Assembly: GCA_964597425.1 (NCBI GenBank)
Contig: CAZQYL010000001.1
Location: forward strand, 17,721-49,408
DNA length: 31,688 bases
From: an uncultured Ignavibacteriales bacterium
GTDB taxonomy: Bacteria; Bacteroidota; Ignavibacteria; Tepidaquicellales; OLB5
Direction: 5' to 3'
Position numbers and translations under genes: made by a program. Numbering within the stretch: the stretch's first letter is position 1; each line of letters begins with the position of its first letter. This document shows, in pieces, positions 15,716 through 24,853 of this stretch. A model generated the notes under the pieces. It worked only from the letters and a program-made list of their open reading frames with translations. It made no database searches and had not been told where the DNA came from.

Positions 15716-17005
15716 TCACGGGTTCATCAGAGCTTCTATTTCGTCGGCTTCAACTGGTACATTTGCCATAAAATCATGATTTCCTTCTTCAGTAATAAGA
15801 ATATCATTTTCTAATCTTATACCCAATTTTTCTTCTCGTATGTAAATACCTGGTTCGCAGGTAAGAACCATTCCTGCTTTAATTGGTTCGTTAAAAATTC
15901 CGACATCATGAACACCTAGACCAAGAAAATGAGAAACGTCATGAGGATAATACTTCTTAAACTCTGCTGATTTATTTTTGATATCTTTAACATCGTCTGC
16001 TTTAAGCAGCTTAAGATCAACAAGTTCCTTTGCAACAAGCTCCCTTGTGATCATAATTATATCCCTCACAGATTTCCCCGGTTTCATTTCACTTATGGTC
16101 CCCTTCAAAGCCCTTAGCACCCCATTATAAACATCTTTTTGCCTCTTCGTGAATTTACCGCTTACAGGAATGGAACGGGTCATATCGGCGTTATAGTTAG
16201 CCCAGCCCGCAGCAACATCCAGTAAGAGCACATCACCGGAATTACAGGGATCATCATTTTTGATATAATGCAGGAAACATGCATTTTCACCGGAGGCAAT
16301 GATCGGCTCATAATCAGCAAAACCGGAACCTTGTATGATATATTCATGTGCCAATTCGGCCTCCACTTCATACTCCATAACTCCCGGTTTAACGAATTTG
16401 AGAAGTCTTCTGAATCCATCACCGGTAATATCACAGGCTTTCTGAATCAGTTCGATCTCTTCTTCGGATTTTACAGCCCTCAGGCTGTAAACAAGGGGCG
16501 ATATTCTGTGGTATGAATGAAGCGGGTAATACTTTTTGCAGTAGTTTATAAACCTTATATCACGGCTTTCGACAATATTCTTGGATCTGTCATGATCATT
16601 TGTATTTAAATAAATATTATCAACAGAGCACATTACGTCATGCAGCGCGTCTTCAAACCTGGATAGTTCAAAAACCGTTTTCACCCCTGATATTTCTGAA
16701 GCAAGCTGAAGTGAAAGTTTTTTTCCTTCCCATACCTCCAGATCGGGATTATGGTCCCTGATAAAAAGTATCTCTCTATGATCTTCGTTTTTGTTTCCCG
16801 GATTAAGCAAAAGTACAGTCTCTTCCTGCTGTATGCCTGTTAAATAAAACAAGTCGCTGTTTTGTTTGAACTTCATGGTACCATCAGCATTGGAAGGCAT
16901 AATATCGTTCGAATTTATCACAGCAGCCGAATTTTTCATCATTAGGGATGAAAGTCTTTTGCGGTTTTCTTTGAATAAAGAGCTGTTTATAGATATTTTT
17001 TTCAT
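15716..17005 (-). CDS. pepP: Xaa-Pro aminopeptidase (aminopeptidase P, M24B)
   Basis: AMP_N-type N-terminus (FKQNSDLFYLTG); metal ligands LLLDVAA, YNADMTR, HDVSHFLGLGVHD, TCEPGIY, GIRLENDI. Confidence 0.92.
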   Translation of the reverse strand: MKKISINSSLFKENRKRLSSLMMKNSAAVINSNDIMPSNADGTMKFKQNSDLFYLTGIQQEETVLLLNPGNKNEDHREILFIRDHNPDLEVWEGKKLSLQLASEISGVKTVFELSRFEDALHDVMCSVDNIYLNTNDHDRSKNIVESRDIRFINYCKKYYPLHSYHRISPLVYSLRAVKSEEEIELIQKACDITGDGFRRLLKFVKPGVMEYEVEAELAHEYIIQGSGFADYEPIIASGENACFLHYIKNDDPCNSGDVLLLDVAAGWANYNADMTRSIPVSGKFTKRQKDVYNGVLRALKGTISEMKPGKSVRDIIMITRELVAKELVDLKLLKADDVKDIKNKSAEFKKYYPHDVSHFLGLGVHDVGIFNEPIKAGMVLTCEPGIYIREEKLGIRLENDILITEEGNHDFMANVPVEADEIEALMNP

Positions 17006-17085
17006 GTGTGAGTTTGGAGATACTTTATATTTTTTTTATTGGATTTACTGAAATGCAATATATGAAGATAAAATTATATTAAGAA

Positions 17086-20000
17086 TTATGAATTTCGTTC
17101 TTTATAATCAGCGCTTCTGAAGTGAATTCTGAATTCACTTCCGCCGGAGATCACAATTTCTATGACTCCTTCAAGCTGCTTAACCAGTGTATTTACAAGT
17201 TTGAGTCCGAATGAATTTGAATTTTCAATATCAGGTTTTTCTTTCATCCCAATGCCGTCATCTCTTACAAGAAGCCAATATTCTTTTTTATATTCATCAA
17301 ATGCGGCATTGATAAAAATGCTTCCATGCCTGCCATTCGGGAAAGCATGTTTCAGTGAATTTGATACAAGCTCATTTATGATCAGCCCGGCCGGAATTGC
17401 ATTATCAATTGACATATCCATATTTTTGACTTCAGTAAATATCTTCACCCTGTCTTCAAGAATGCCGTAAGAATGCTGCAGATGAATAGTTACAGTCTCA
17501 ATATATTCCTTAAAATCAATGTGAGCAAGATCTTTGGTCTGGTATAGCTTCTGGTGAATTAAGGACATCGATTGTACCCTGTTCTGGCTTTCCCTGAACA
17601 GCTGTTTAACTCTTTCATCATTTACATAGCCTGCCTGCAGCTTCAAAAGGCTGGTAACTATCTGCAGGTTATTTTTAACCCTGTGATGGATCTCTTTTAG
17701 AAGAATATCCTTTTCAATCAATGAACGCTTTAAGGCTTCTTCTGATCTTTTCTTTTCGGTAACATCCCTTTGTACACCCCAAATACTGGTTAAATTACCT
17801 TCTTCTATAACACCCGATATATTTATGACAAAGAACTTTTCCATACCCGTTTCATCATACTCCACTGTCTCATCTTCAATAACGTTATATTCCTGAGTAA
17901 CGAACTTCAGAATTCTTGAAGTAAAGTCAGGATTTAAGAATTTCAGTTCCGCAACATTTAACCCAATAATTTTTTCAGGAGTTTCTTCGTCATACATTCG
18001 CGCAAAGACGCTGTTGCACTCAGCAATAAATACATTTTTCTTTATGAGCTCTACCTGCTCATCTGCAGCAAGATCAACAGGAACCGGCTCTTTAAACTCG
18101 AGTCTGAAAATACCTTCCGAACTATGCTCAACAAAGTTCCTGTACTTCTCCTCGCTTAACCTGATCTTTTCCTGGGATTTTTTGCTTTCTGTCACGTCAG
18201 TCGCAATTCCGAGTACGGCTTTCTTTCCGTTAAATTCAATTATCCTCGCGCTGTAATTAAGCCACTTTTCTTCTTTATTCTTGGTAATTATCTTCATTTC
18301 GTAATTATCAGGAACACGCTCGCCCCTTAGTCTCTTTTCTCCCCGTTCTTTGACAGTTGGTTTGAAATCATCATGAACAAGTTCCCAAAAATTCTTTCTA
18401 AGGATCTCCTGTGTCTTGTATCCCGTCAATACTTCTGAATATGGATTAGCGTAAACAAACCTGTTATCCTGAAAAATAACCACCTGGGCCGGCATTGATT
18501 CTGCTACAGCCCTGAATTTCTCTTCACTAAGCTTCAGCATTTCCTCATAGTTTTTGCGGTCAGTCATATCCCGCTGAATGCCAAGGTAGCCAATGAAGTC
18601 CTTATTACTGTCATATAGACAGTAATAATCACCTTCAATGTATATACTTGTGCCATCAGGCTTAGTGTAATAATCTTTTGAATGCGAAAATCCTTTATCG
18701 AGAAATGTCTTCCATTTCTTCTTCGTTTCTGTGGTATTTCTACCGAAATATGTTTCAGTGTTTATGTTAAGGATCTCATCGGGCTCCATTCCAAACTGAT
18801 GTGCAAGCGGTACATTTGCCCGAACGATCTTCATATTGTTAATAATATTATCAAGCTGCTTTTCGTTTGCTTTTCCTTTTTCCCATTTTACTGGTGGATC
18901 AATTTTAGCTATGAAAATACCATCCATAGATTGCTGGAAAAAAGCATCAAGGTACTGTTTGGATTCTGTAAGAATTTCCTCATATTGTTTCTGTTTGTTC
19001 AGATTGAAATATATCTGGTTAACAGCTTCAATGGTGCCATCAGGCAGAATATCCGCATAATGGAAACTATCCAGCCATATCAGCTCATTTCTTTTATTTT
19101 TTATTCGGTATACAAGGTTCTTCAATCCTTTGCATCCGTTCCTTATCCAGCCGGAGTATTCCCTGATAAGGTTATCTCTGTCATCGGAATGTATAGTATT
19201 ATAATATTCTTCATTTGAAAGGGAATTAAATTCTTCAAGAGTGTAGCCTGATTGTTTGACAAATTCATCATTTACAAACTCATATTTATTGCTTTTTATA
19301 AGCAGCCTGGTTATAGCAAGCGGTGAGTTCTTTATCAGGTTCCTGTATTTGATCTCACTGCCTTTCAAAGCCTGCTCAAAATCAGCACCTGTTGTAACAT
19401 CTTTAAAAACAACCAGTACTTCAGAATCTGAATACTGAGTAAAATCCGTTTTGTATTTGAACTTTTTTTCTTCTACTTTAACAATATGTTCAAATGAATT
19501 TTCATTCCCGTTTTGCAGAGTATCTTCTATCAGTAATGAGAACTTATTGCCTGTTCTTCCGGGAAACACTTTGCGGATATCTGAATTGATGAACATAGAA
19601 GCAGGGAATTTTTCAAATGCTGCCCTCTTGTTTACTGACGTAATTATCCCTTCGCTGTTTACTATCATTGCAGTACTCTGGATAGAGTCAAAAAGTACTT
19701 CAGTATTCTTCTTTGAGATAGTTAATTGCGCTTCAACATCCCGCAGCCTGTTCTCCGATTCAAACCTGAAAAGAGCCATCCTGATACATGAATTAAGATC
19801 CCTGTCATTAAGGGGTTTCAGCAAAAATCCATAGGGATTGGTAGTTTTACTTCTTTCAATAGTATCTTCATCATAGTGTGCCGTCAGGTACACAATAGGC
19901 ACCTTTTTCTGAATATTCATAAGCCTTGCTGTTTCAATTCCATCAAGCTCACCCTTTAGTGAAATATCCATTAGAACAACATCAGGATCAGCTTTATCAA

Positions 20001-20130
20001 ATTCCTTCAAAGCGTCCTCGCCGCGATCCTTTATTCCGACAATTTCATAGTTCAGTTTCTCAAGAGTTCTCTTGATATCCAATGCCGTTATGGCTTCATC
20101 TTCGATAATATAAACCCTGGCTATTGGCAT
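17086..20130 (-). CDS. Hybrid sensor kinase: N-terminal receiver, 5 PAS domains, HisKA_2/HWE-like kinase
   Basis: REC ([29 protein letters not shown]); five PAS-like repeats; [29 protein letters not shown]. No transmembrane segment seen. Confidence 0.94.
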   Translation of the reverse strand: MPIARVYIIEDEAITALDIKRTLEKLNYEIVGIKDRGEDALKEFDKADPDVVLMDISLKGELDGIETARLMNIQKKVPIVYLTAHYDEDTIERSKTTNPYGFLLKPLNDRDLNSCIRMALFRFESENRLRDVEAQLTISKKNTEVLFDSIQSTAMIVNSEGIITSVNKRAAFEKFPASMFINSDIRKVFPGRTGNKFSLLIEDTLQNGNENSFEHIVKVEEKKFKYKTDFTQYSDSEVLVVFKDVTTGADFEQALKGSEIKYRNLIKNSPLAITRLLIKSNKYEFVNDEFVKQSGYTLEEFNSLSNEEYYNTIHSDDRDNLIREYSGWIRNGCKGLKNLVYRIKNKRNELIWLDSFHYADILPDGTIEAVNQIYFNLNKQKQYEEILTESKQYLDAFFQQSMDGIFIAKIDPPVKWEKGKANEKQLDNIINNMKIVRANVPLAHQFGMEPDEILNINTETYFGRNTTETKKKWKTFLDKGFSHSKDYYTKPDGTSIYIEGDYYCLYDSNKDFIGYLGIQRDMTDRKNYEEMLKLSEEKFRAVAESMPAQVVIFQDNRFVYANPYSEVLTGYKTQEILRKNFWELVHDDFKPTVKERGEKRLRGERVPDNYEMKIITKNKEEKWLNYSARIIEFNGKKAVLGIATDVTESKKSQEKIRLSEEKYRNFVEHSSEGIFRLEFKEPVPVDLAADEQVELIKKNVFIAECNSVFARMYDEETPEKIIGLNVAELKFLNPDFTSRILKFVTQEYNVIEDETVEYDETGMEKFFVINISGVIEEGNLTSIWGVQRDVTEKKRSEEALKRSLIEKDILLKEIHHRVKNNLQIVTSLLKLQAGYVNDERVKQLFRESQNRVQSMSLIHQKLYQTKDLAHIDFKEYIETVTIHLQHSYGILEDRVKIFTEVKNMDMSIDNAIPAGLIINELVSNSLKHAFPNGRHGSIFINAAFDEYKKEYWLLVRDDGIGMKEKPDIENSNSFGLKLVNTLVKQLEGVIEIVISGGSEFRIHFRSADYKERNS

Positions 20131-20308
20131 AGTTTAAAGTGATCCGGAAAGTTAGTGAAGCAGAGAAGAGATTGCGATTGAATCATACTTTTTTAGAAAA
20201 CACAACTAGTTAGACATTGAATAGCAAAATTAACTACATTTTTGATTAAAAAAAGCCACTTTATTTGTATTTTTAGCTATTGTGCAGCCAAAAAAGCTGT
20301 TTTTAAAC

Positions 20309-20337
20309 AAAAAACCCGCCAAATTAGGCGGGTTTTT
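20309..20337. terminator. Intrinsic terminator downstream of tRNA-Thr
   Basis: AAAAACCCGCC-AAATTA-GGCGGGTTTTT with A/T tails on both sides. Confidence 0.88.
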
Positions 20338-20341
20338 CCTG

Positions 20342-20413
20342 AGCTGGCGAAGGGAGTTGAACCCCCGACCTGCGCATTACAAGTGCGCTGCTCTACCACT
20401 GAGCTACGCCAGC
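20342..20413 (-). tRNA. tRNA-Thr (anticodon TGT), CCA not encoded
   Basis: Reverse complement folds as GCTGGCG/CGCCAGC acceptor, GCTC-AGTGGTA-GAGC D arm, GCGCA-CTTGTAA-TGCGC anticodon arm, GGGGG-TTCAACT-CCCTT T arm. Confidence 0.97.
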
Positions 20414-20441
20414 AAAATATTCTGTTCCTTAAAACAGATTA

Positions 20442-20449
20442 CAAACATA
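20442..20449 (-). promoter_or_regulatory. Candidate -7 box (TATGTTTG) for tRNA-Thr
   Basis: Exact TAnnTTTG on the minus strand, 28 nt upstream of the tRNA, similar to the spacing at tRNA-Ser. Confidence 0.45.
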
Positions 20450-20483
20450 AAAATTTAATCAAAAACCTTCAATACTGAAAATA

Positions 20484-21080
20484 CTACATATATTTTTCCA
20501 GTTCGAGGAACTTCTTCAGGCTTTCAAGAGCCTTTCCGCGATGCGATATCCTGTTTTTGACATCAGGACCAAGCTCTCCGAAAGTTAATGTGTATCCTTT
20601 TGGAATAAACAACGGGTCATAACCGAACCCTGATGTACCTTCAGGTTTGTAGGCTATATTACCTTCGCACACACCATCAAAAAATCTTTCATTCATTCCA
20701 TCATATAATGCGATCACACATTTAAATCGCGCAGTCCTGCTCTCCAGGTCAGCATCGCCTAATTCCCGGATCAGTTTGGCATTGTTCTTTTCATCTGTTG
20801 CCCCCTCACCGCTGTATCGTGCCGAATAAACGCCGGGCCCGCCATTGAGAAGAGCAACTTCCAATCCTGAATCATCTGCAAGTACCGGTATCTTCACAAC
20901 ATCAAATACAGCTTTTGCTTTGATCATTGCATTTTCCTCAAAGGTAGAACCCGTTTCTTCAATATCAGGAATATTTGGCATATCGATCAAAGAAAAAATT
21001 TCATATCCAAACGGGGTTAGGTAAGATCTTATTTCATTTATCTTCCCTTTATTTTTTGAAGCGATAAAGATCTTTTTCAT
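20484..21080 (-). CDS. rdgB: Non-canonical purine NTP pyrophosphatase (dITP/XTP pyrophosphatase, RdgB/HAM1)
   Basis: ASKNKGKINE, EETGSTFEENAMIKA, ADDSGLEV..LNGGPGVYSARY, FGYDPLF, KNRISHRGKA. Confidence 0.96.
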   Translation of the reverse strand: MKKIFIASKNKGKINEIRSYLTPFGYEIFSLIDMPNIPDIEETGSTFEENAMIKAKAVFDVVKIPVLADDSGLEVALLNGGPGVYSARYSGEGATDEKNNAKLIRELGDADLESRTARFKCVIALYDGMNERFFDGVCEGNIAYKPEGTSGFGYDPLFIPKGYTLTFGELGPDVKNRISHRGKALESLKKFLELEKYM

Positions 21081-21088
21081 ATATTATA

Positions 21089-22897
21089 TCAGGCAAATGA
21101 TTCCTTATACTGAAGCTGGTACAATTTTGAATATATTCCGCCAAGCTCAAGCAGCTGCTGATGTGTTCCGGTTTCCCTTATTTCACCTTTATGCATTACA
21201 ATAATTTTATCACACTTTTGGATTGTGGAAAGTCTGTGTGCAATGATAATAGAAGTTCTGCCTTCCATTAATTTATCAATTGCGTTCTGTATCAGTATTT
21301 CACTGTGAGTATCAACGCTTGAAGTAGCTTCATCAAGTATCAGGATCTTCGGGTCATAAGCCAGTGCTCTTGCAAAAGTTATGAGCTGGCGCTCTCCCTG
21401 GGATAGCGTTACTCCCCGTTCTTTTACATTCTGTCCATACCCCAGCGGAAGTTTTTCTATGAAGTTATCAATCCCGATTATTGAAGCCGCTTCTTTTATC
21501 CTGCTTTCAGGAATAGAATTATTATTCAGGCTGATATTATTTGAAATCGAGTCCGAGAATAAAAAAATATCCTGTACAACCAGACCAATGTTCTTCCGGA
21601 GTTCACTTTGTTTAAGATCTTTAATATTTATTCCATCAACAGTGATTTCACCTTTTTGCGCATCGTAAAACCTGCAAAGAAGATTCATAATAGAAGACTT
21701 CCCTGCACCGGTTGCACCTACAAATGCTACTTTTTCGCCCTGCCTGATATTGAAAGAAATATCTTTAAGGACATAATCCTGCTTAACGTATGCAAATGAA
21801 ACTTCCTTGAACTCTATAATACCTTTGCAGTTATCCAATGCTATTGGCTTGTCAGGATCACGGATGACAGCCTGCCTGTCAAGCAGTTTAAAGATCCTTT
21901 CTGATGAAGCCATAGCTGTCTGCATGATATTGTACTTCTCTGAGAGGTCCCTGATCGGCCTGAAGAACATTTCTGAATACTGGATGAACGAAATAAGGAT
22001 ACCGATCGTCAATGCTCCTTTAATAGCTTCGCCTCCGCCATACCATATTATAAGCGCCCCTGATAGCGCCCCGATAAGCTCAACTATGGGAAAGAATATC
22101 GAATAATAGAACACTGATTTTTTATTTGCCCTGGTATGGTCATAATTTATCTTCTTGAAATCCTCTATGGTTCTTTTTTCCTTGCCGAATATCTTGACAA
22201 CCAGAATACCGCTGATATGCTCCTGTAAGAAGGCATTCATTTTTGCCAGGTAAAACCTAACATCACGAAATGCAGTTCTTACTTTTCGCCTGAAAATTAC
22301 CGTAGCGTATATCAAGGGGAATACGACCGAAAGCGCAATCAACGTTAACTGCCAGCTTAATGAGAACATGAAGAATAGAATTCCCCCAATGATGAAAACA
22401 TCGGCAAATACCATTACAATACCGCTTGAAAACATTTCATTCAATACTTCAATATCATTTGTGAGTCTTGTAACCAGTCTTCCAACGGGATTCTTATCAA
22501 AAAAACTCATTGATAGCTTCTGGATATGTCTGAAAAGCTCCATCCTCAGGTCATATATTGTCTTTTGCCCTATCCATTGCGTAAGGTATGTCATAGTGTA
22601 TTGCAGCAGTCCCTGGAATATTAAAGTAACAAGCAATATAAGAATTATATTTGTGAGCCCCCCTGAATCCTTGTTAACGATATAATTATCTATCGCGATT
22701 TTTGTCAGATACGGCCTGATAGTGCTCAGCAGTGCTACACCAACTGTAAGAGCGATGGCAAATATAACCCACTTGGTATAAGGCTTAAGATACCTTATGA
22801 GCCGTTTCATTAAACGGGCATCATATGCCTTACCAAGTACTTCTTCCTGTTCGTTTTCGTCAGGTTCAGTAATATTTTTCTTCTGTTCTTCTGCCAA
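21089..22897 (-). CDS. ABC exporter half-transporter (TMD + NBD, MdlB/YheH-like subunit)
   Basis: Six-TM domain; Walker A GATGAGKS, signature LSQGE, Walker B LILDEA, H-switch IAHR. TTG start. Confidence 0.94.
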   Translation of the reverse strand: MAEEQKKNITEPDENEQEEVLGKAYDARLMKRLIRYLKPYTKWVIFAIALTVGVALLSTIRPYLTKIAIDNYIVNKDSGGLTNIILILLVTLIFQGLLQYTMTYLTQWIGQKTIYDLRMELFRHIQKLSMSFFDKNPVGRLVTRLTNDIEVLNEMFSSGIVMVFADVFIIGGILFFMFSLSWQLTLIALSVVFPLIYATVIFRRKVRTAFRDVRFYLAKMNAFLQEHISGILVVKIFGKEKRTIEDFKKINYDHTRANKKSVFYYSIFFPIVELIGALSGALIIWYGGGEAIKGALTIGILISFIQYSEMFFRPIRDLSEKYNIMQTAMASSERIFKLLDRQAVIRDPDKPIALDNCKGIIEFKEVSFAYVKQDYVLKDISFNIRQGEKVAFVGATGAGKSSIMNLLCRFYDAQKGEITVDGINIKDLKQSELRKNIGLVVQDIFLFSDSISNNISLNNNSIPESRIKEAASIIGIDNFIEKLPLGYGQNVKERGVTLSQGERQLITFARALAYDPKILILDEATSSVDTHSEILIQNAIDKLMEGRTSIIIAHRLSTIQKCDKIIVMHKGEIRETGTHQQLLELGGIYSKLYQLQYKESFA

Positions 22898-22922
22898 GCT
22901 TTTTAATTTTTCATTTTCCTGA

Positions 22923-24692
22923 TTACTCCAGGTCTTTCAGTTCTTCTTCCAGCAGCTGCTTAAGATAAATATCTGCATAAATGCCTTCTTTCTTAACCAA
23001 TACTTCATGGGTACCTTCTTCAGCAACAGAACCATCTTTAAGAACAATTATCCTGTCAGCATTCTTAAGTGTGGATATCCTGTGGCTGATAAGTATTGTT
23101 GTTCTTCCGCTCATGATATCCTTCAATCCTTTCAGGATCTCTTCCTCGGTGTAAGTATCTACAGCTGAAAAAGCGTCGTCAAGTATCAGGATTTGCGGGT
23201 CAGCCGCAATTGCCCGCGCTATAGATGTTCTTTGTTTCTGCCCCCCTGAAAGATTGATGCCCCGCTCACCGAGCATGGTATCAAACCTCTTTGGAAATTT
23301 ATCAACATCTTTGTATATCTGTGATATTTTTGCTGCATTTATAACTTTATCTTTATCAAAAATATTTTCAGCGTAGGCGATATTGTTTTCAATGCTATCA
23401 CTGAAAAGAAAAGTCTCCTGCGGTACTGCTCCAATGGAAGTTCTTAAATCATTCAGGTTGTAATTTTTTACGTTTTTACCGTCAACAAGCAGTTCGCCTT
23501 CGGTTATATCAAAGAGTCTTGAGATAAGATTCACAAAAGTGGTTTTGCCTGAACCTGTATGTCCAATAATACCAATTGTTTCACCCGCATTAATTTTCAC
23601 ATTTACGTTTTTAAGCACATAAGGAAAGTTGTGATGGTATCTGAAATTTACATTCTTAAATTCAATTTCACCTTTAAGTTTCGCAATTTTTTTATGAGAG
23701 CCGCTGACAGAAGCCTCTTCGCGAATGGGGCTTTCGATACCGGGTTTGCTATCAAATACTTCGCACAGCCGTTTCATTGAAGCTTCAGCGCGCTGCGTGA
23801 GATTGATGATCCATCCAAGTGAGATAATGGGCCAGGTTAGCAGACCGAGATATATTATAAAAGCGGTCAATTCGCCTATTGTCAGCTCACCATTTATAAT
23901 CTTATTTCCGCCTGCATAAAGAACTATTATAACCGAAAACCCGGTTAACAGGAACATTATAGGATACGAAAATGACTGAACTTTTGCCAGTTCAAGGTTC
24001 TTTTTCATATATTCCTCAGACATTTTTCTGAAACCTTCCGTCTCGCTGTCTTCTCTGACATATGCCTTAACTACTTTAATACCGGATAGATTTTCCTGCG
24101 CTTTTGTTGTCAGATCAGAAAACTGCTCCTGAACCTTTTCAAACTTGTAATTGATGCTTTTGCCAATTCTGTACACTACATAAGAAATAAGCGGAATCGG
24201 CACTATAGCTATCAGTGTGAGCTCTGTATTGAAAGAGAACATAAGCGAGATAGCCATGGAAAAATTGATGAAAGTTTCCGCTGTATACATAATACCGGGT
24301 CCAAGGAAATTCCTCACCGCGGAAATATCGTTGGTAGCAAGTGCCATAATATCACCGGTTGGGTGGAAATGGAAATATTGCTGATCCTGCTCGAGTATAT
24401 GTGCGAAAAAATCATTTCGCAGATCATTTTCAATTTCACGCGATACAACAATTATCATTTGGCGTGTAAGATAAAGAAATACACCGCTTATGACAGCGAA
24501 GCTGACCGTAAGCAATGCATAGTTCAGAAGGGAAGTTCCTTCTGTGCTATCTTTAATCCTGTCAATAGCTTTGGAAATAACAAACGGGATAAGATTAGTA
24601 AACACTGCGCTTAGAGTTATAACAATAAACCCTATAACCAGCATTTTCCTGTATCTCTTTAGATATGGTAAAAGACGCCTGAGATAAATCAT
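22923..24692 (-). CDS. ABC exporter half-transporter (TMD + NBD, MdlA/YheI-like subunit)
   Basis: Six-TM domain; Walker A GHTGSGKT, signature LSGGQ, Walker B LILDDA, H-switch ISHR. Confidence 0.94.
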   Translation of the reverse strand: MIYLRRLLPYLKRYRKMLVIGFIVITLSAVFTNLIPFVISKAIDRIKDSTEGTSLLNYALLTVSFAVISGVFLYLTRQMIIVVSREIENDLRNDFFAHILEQDQQYFHFHPTGDIMALATNDISAVRNFLGPGIMYTAETFINFSMAISLMFSFNTELTLIAIVPIPLISYVVYRIGKSINYKFEKVQEQFSDLTTKAQENLSGIKVVKAYVREDSETEGFRKMSEEYMKKNLELAKVQSFSYPIMFLLTGFSVIIVLYAGGNKIINGELTIGELTAFIIYLGLLTWPIISLGWIINLTQRAEASMKRLCEVFDSKPGIESPIREEASVSGSHKKIAKLKGEIEFKNVNFRYHHNFPYVLKNVNVKINAGETIGIIGHTGSGKTTFVNLISRLFDITEGELLVDGKNVKNYNLNDLRTSIGAVPQETFLFSDSIENNIAYAENIFDKDKVINAAKISQIYKDVDKFPKRFDTMLGERGINLSGGQKQRTSIARAIAADPQILILDDAFSAVDTYTEEEILKGLKDIMSGRTTILISHRISTLKNADRIIVLKDGSVAEEGTHEVLVKKEGIYADIYLKQLLEEELKDLE

Positions 24693-24697
24693 TATTA

Positions 24698-24705
24698 CAA
24701 AATTA
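24698..24705 (-). promoter_or_regulatory. Candidate -7 box (TAATTTTG) for the ABC-ABC-rdgB unit
   Basis: Exact TAnnTTTG 5 nt upstream of ATG 24692 and just downstream of the upstream gene's terminator. Confidence 0.45.
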
Positions 24706-24732
24706 GGGTAAATGTAAAAATGTTGCTATACC

Positions 24733-24771
24733 AAAAAAACAAGCCCTGCTTCATTTAACCTGAGCAGGGCT
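24733..24771 (-). terminator. Intrinsic terminator of the arylsulfotransferase-like gene
   Basis: 9-bp inverted repeat AGCCCTGCT (24742-24750) / AGCAGGGCT (24763-24771), followed on the minus strand by TGTTTTTTT. Confidence 0.82.
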
Positions 24772-24853
24772 AATCAATTAACGGGGCACCAAACCTAAGT
24801 ACCCGGATGAAACAATCTTAAAATCATACTGCCCGGATGAAAAAAGGACATAT

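Noticed and set aside
9412-20130. LOV (blue-light) photoreceptor domain among the PAS repeats
   Set aside because: No GxNCRFLQ-like motif in any of the 12 PAS domains.
24772-24853. Riboswitch or known ncRNA in the GC-richer 3' region
   Set aside because: I could not match a riboswitch consensus, and the region lies upstream of a terminator rather than in a leader. An Rfam search would be needed to exclude it fully.
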